Below are positions 52,310 through 55,014 of a stretch of DNA of 55,014 nucleotides, piece by piece. The position numbers were made by a program, and so were the translations under genes. The notes beneath the pieces were generated by a model, which saw only the letters and a list, made by a program, of their open reading frames with translations, made no database searches and was not told where the DNA came from. Source of the DNA: Verrucomicrobiota bacterium. Its GTDB lineage: Bacteria; Verrucomicrobiota; Verrucomicrobiia; Verrucomicrobiales; DEV007. How positions within the stretch are numbered: position 1 is the first letter of the stretch; each line of letters starts with the position of its first letter. Location: contig JASFYY010000025.1 in the NCBI GenBank assembly GCA_045046875.1, positions 1-55,014 of the forward strand, given 5' to 3'.

Positions 52310-52437
52310 CTCTAACGGTCGAGCACAAGCAACCCGCTACTGGCAGTGAGCTTTCGTGTTCATGTTTAGGGTTGGAATTTTCATTTAGGTTTCGACGAAA
52401 GGCGAGCAGCGGGTTGCTCTGCTGCGTTTTGTTCTCC
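52310..52437 (-). other. attC site (128 bp)
   Basis: GGAGAAC-AAAAC-GCA[G]CA[G]AGCAACCCGCT ... AGCGGGTTGCTTGTGC-TCGACC-GTTAGAG. Confidence 0.88.
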
Positions 52438-53004
52438 TTTTTTATTCTTAGTGTCATCGGAAAAACGCTCCATATCGATCAGCTCAAATGTACTCATGGT
52501 ATCGAAAAACTTTGAATTTGCGTCCCAGTCAACACTCTTGGCGCCAGCGATACTAATGATCGCTATATCCGTATTGTTACTCCAGAATGCAGAATATAAT
52601 ATCCGATAATCACCCTCAGTGACTTCAATGCAAGTTCGAGTAAATAACCCCTGATCAACTGCATCACAGTTCTTGTGGACTTTGTCAGAAGATTTCTTTT
52701 TCTGGGCAATAAAATTCTTCACAAAAACTTCTGGGGATTTCCCTGTGCCTTCCTGTACACCTGCAAATACCTGTATCCGGACTCCTGTATCGTATGAATC
52801 CCTTCCACCGTGAGTGTCCTCCTTGGAGATCGTCCACATCCAAGAATTTTCTCGATGCCCTTCAAAATAGAACCAACCCTTGGGACGGAGAATTTTCCCG
52901 CCAGTAGGCTCCATTACTTGCATTACGAACCCGTCAGGGATTTTGTCGTCTGCCAAAACATTTATGGTCAGCAGAGTGATGATAAGAATTGCAGAACGGA
53001 TCAT
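52381..53004 (-). CDS. Hypothetical exported protein (cassette); C-terminus reads into attC
   Basis: Signal peptide MIRSAILII...VLA; tail GEQNAAEQPAARLSSKPK is encoded by the attC. Confidence 0.75.
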   Translation of the reverse strand: MIRSAILIITLLTINVLADDKIPDGFVMQVMEPTGGKILRPKGWFYFEGHRENSWMWTISKEDTHGGRDSYDTGVRIQVFAGVQEGTGKSPEVFVKNFIAQKKKSSDKVHKNCDAVDQGLFTRTCIEVTEGDYRILYSAFWSNNTDIAIISIAGAKSVDWDANSKFFDTMSTFELIDMERFSDDTKNKKGEQNAAEQPAARLSSKPK

Positions 53005-53012
53005 GATTCTTA

Positions 53013-53138
53013 GGAAAACGCGCGGGCTCACCCAGCACTGAGCTGGCGGCGGGCTTTGACGAAGCAGTTGATGGTTAATATTAGAGTGAATCATAACTAC
53101 GGGGCGGCTCAGGGATTCGGCGCTGACTATTGTTAGCT
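53013..53138 (-). other. attC site (126 bp)
   Basis: AGCTAAC (overlaps stop codon)...CTGAGC ... GCTCAG...GAGC-CCGCGC-GTTTTCC. Confidence 0.75.
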
Positions 53139-53627
53139 ATTTTCTGATGTGAAAACATTTTTTGCGTCTAATTCATCATGAATATCACTCCACCTTGCAC
53201 CGGATACCTCAGGTATCAAACGTCGATAACTACCCCAGTTCAGCACATGAATATCTCTGAGGTTTTTATACGGAATACTTGCAACATTCTGTGAATTATA
53301 CGCAGGGGTATGCGCATAAATCATCAACCTTTCAGCATCCAGAATCAAACCTGACCATTCATCATCTGAGCACTTCCGCGGCCCACATAAGCGACCAACG
53401 TAAATCTTGATATTGCTGTGATCTTCGTGATCAAGCCAAGATTCCTGTCCAATACGAACCCCGAGAGTCTGCTCTGATGCTTTGCCCAGATATAACAGTA
53501 CATCAGGCCCATACATCGGATGGCTTCCGTATATCGCGTATAGCCCGTAGTCTTTGTCCTCATTGCGCAATGTTTTCAGGTCGGACAGTGTATGTGGGCC
53601 GTCCCACGATATATGAATGAGGCGCAT
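53133..53627 (-). CDS. GIY-YIG-like nuclease (cassette)
   Basis: GLYAIY...LLYLGKA...R...E..MI...P.YN pattern. Confidence 0.65.
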   Translation of the reverse strand: MRLIHISWDGPHTLSDLKTLRNEDKDYGLYAIYGSHPMYGPDVLLYLGKASEQTLGVRIGQESWLDHEDHSNIKIYVGRLCGPRKCSDDEWSGLILDAERLMIYAHTPAYNSQNVASIPYKNLRDIHVLNWGSYRRLIPEVSGARWSDIHDELDAKNVFTSENS

Positions 53628-53639
53628 AGTATACTTTTA

Positions 53640-53764
53640 AGCTAACGTGAGAGGCTAGCTGATCCTCTGCGGGAGCTAGCGTAGCTTGGTGGATAATGTA
53701 TCAAAGTTAAAATGGGCTGACAACTGAAAACGGGCAGAGGATTAGCTGCGCCGTTTTGTCGATG
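53640..53764 (-). other. attC site (125 bp)
   Basis: CATCGAC-AAAAC-GGC[G]CAGCTAATCCTCTGC ... GCAGAGGATCAGCTAGCC-TCTCAC-GTTAGCT. Confidence 0.85.
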
Positions 53765-53784
53765 TGTTTGACCGTTTTATGGGC

Positions 53785-54399
53785 TCAATAGTCCATATCC
53801 CCACGCCACCACCGGCCATCTATGCGCCGGTAGTAGGGTACATGCGGCACCGGCGGCTCACCTTCGCCCAAGTAGTAAACGAGTTCACCGCCGTCTCGCC
53901 CTCCGTAGGCAGTAACGAAAATTACGCATTCCTCACCTAGCAACTTAACATTGTGAGCTCTGAACAGCCCAATATATTTGGGTGCTTCTGGGTAGAATAT
54001 CTTAGAATCTGCATTTCTTGGATACTGATCAAGATATTTCGTCGCCGCGTCTTCCAAAAACGGTCGACTGATTGAAAATCGGAGATGAAATAAAGCGTCA
54101 GAGGCAACGAGCCCTATGAGGATAATGGTAACCAGTGGTTCGATACTCCAAGCTAAAGTTGGGCGGTTAATCTTCGTAGCCTTACCTCTGCGGCGTTTCC
54201 GTAGCCACCATGTCAAACGAATCGCCCACACTAAAATCCAAATCGGCACGCCAACCAAGAGAATGCCCAAGACCACCAACGGCACCAACTCGAACACTGG
54301 AACCACGGTATCGCTGAAAACGTATAGACAGAGTATGGTGACAATTATCGCATACGGAATTGCAAGTCTAAGGACGGGGGCCTTGAAAAAGCGGATCAT
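53785..54399 (-). CDS. Hypothetical membrane protein (cassette)
   Basis: Three TM segments plus soluble C-terminal domain. Confidence 0.75.
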   Translation of the reverse strand: MIRFFKAPVLRLAIPYAIIVTILCLYVFSDTVVPVFELVPLVVLGILLVGVPIWILVWAIRLTWWLRKRRRGKATKINRPTLAWSIEPLVTIILIGLVASDALFHLRFSISRPFLEDAATKYLDQYPRNADSKIFYPEAPKYIGLFRAHNVKLLGEECVIFVTAYGGRDGGELVYYLGEGEPPVPHVPYYRRIDGRWWRGDMDY

Positions 54400-54408
54400 T
54401 CTTTTTTC

Positions 54409-54531
54409 ATCGAACGTAGAGCACAGGCACCCCGCTACTGACAGCGAGCTTTCGTGTTCAAGTTGAGGCTTAAAGTGTTCATTTTGATTTCAACTCAGGA
54501 TGGGTAGGTGATTCGCTCGACTCGCTTCTGC
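54409..54531 (-). other. attC site with degenerate L''/R'' arm (123 bp), same family as 52310-52437
   Basis: Shares GAACACGAAAGCTC..TG.CAGTAGCGGG; R' GTTCGAT; R'' GCAGAAG. Confidence 0.7.
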
Positions 54532-54551
54532 ATTTAATCTTATTCCAGGGG

Positions 54552-54914
54552 TTAGTCACCCGATTTATTAATAGTTTCCGTGAATGTGCCAGTATTTGGT
54601 GTGATCTGATCGAACTGTAACTGGCATTCGATGGATATTGGATATGTATACTTGCTGATACCATCTATCGAATAAACATTCTCTTTCTGATTTATTGTTT
54701 TGTGTGCAATTTCAAGACCATTGGAATCATAGAATTTTACGCCATAAATACTATTTGTAATACTCGTTGGAAGAACTTTAATTTCTAATCTATTTCCTGT
54801 ATTTTCTTTTACAGAAAAATCAAAATTCGGCTTAGCTATAAAGTTTCTGTGAATAAATAAAGATGCCGGAATGAAAACCAGACTGAGCAGTAAAATTGTT
54901 GCGGCTTTTTTCAT
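54552..54914 (-). CDS. Hypothetical exported/anchored protein (cassette), very AT-rich
   Basis: MKKAATILLL hydrophobic N-terminus. Confidence 0.7.
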   Translation of the reverse strand: MKKAATILLLSLVFIPASLFIHRNFIAKPNFDFSVKENTGNRLEIKVLPTSITNSIYGVKFYDSNGLEIAHKTINQKENVYSIDGISKYTYPISIECQLQFDQITPNTGTFTETINKSGD

Positions 54915-54915
54915 A

Positions 54916-55014
54916 GCAGAACGTTAAAGTGGTGAGGCAACGTGCCTCGGATCGACCATACGACCAAAAGGTTCGCAGAGTCAAGGTTAGCGATCGCCAC
55001 GGCTGCCTCCACCT
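54916..55014 (-). other. attC site, cut by window edge
   Basis: Minus strand GGTGGAGGCAGCCGTGGC ... GGCACGTTGCCTCACCAC-TTTAAC-GTTCTGC immediately before the next ATG. Confidence 0.7.

Larger units (their letters stand above)
47233..55014 (-). mobile_element. Integron-type gene cassette array (no integrase in window; continues beyond right edge)
   Basis: About 13 short co-oriented AT-richer ORFs separated by 123-128-bp imperfect palindromes bounded by AAC...GTT core sites. Confidence 0.85.

Noticed and set aside
47233..55014. Prophage or Rhs toxin locus as explanation for the small-ORF array
   Set aside because: No phage structural or Rhs/toxin genes; attC geometry explains the spacing better

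Overview
Bacterial chromosomal window; gene content (DUF1802, DUF2851, DUF1080, cdaA-glmM, ATPase-less Lon-like protein) suggests a Verrucomicrobiota/PVC organism (inference). Bases 1-2.8 kb are the end of a fatty-acid/aryl-polyene-type cluster (fabG-like, ACP, flavin-dependent halogenase, PagL-like barrel). Housekeeping genes follow (clpX, selO, bioD, glmM, cdaA, miaB, xerD, gltB, pheA). There are two accessory regions. (1) 15.4-27.6 kb: a type I restriction-modification operon with two cargo genes between hsdS and hsdR, a 1480-aa NACHT/STAND NTPase with a C-terminal PD-(D/E)XK nuclease and a Schlafen/AlbA_2 protein, plus a recombination scar carrying a second hsdS 3' end. (2) 47.2-55.0 kb: a minus-strand array of about 13 small AT-richer ORFs separated by ~125-bp attC-like sites, i.e. 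an integron gene-cassette array with no integrase in the window. It decays towards its distal (left) end and runs off the right edge. Intergenic DNA holds three copies of a ~285-bp nested-palindrome element, several ATCAGTG short tandem repeats and GTAG-type REP-like hairpins. All calls come from motif reading only; no database search was run.
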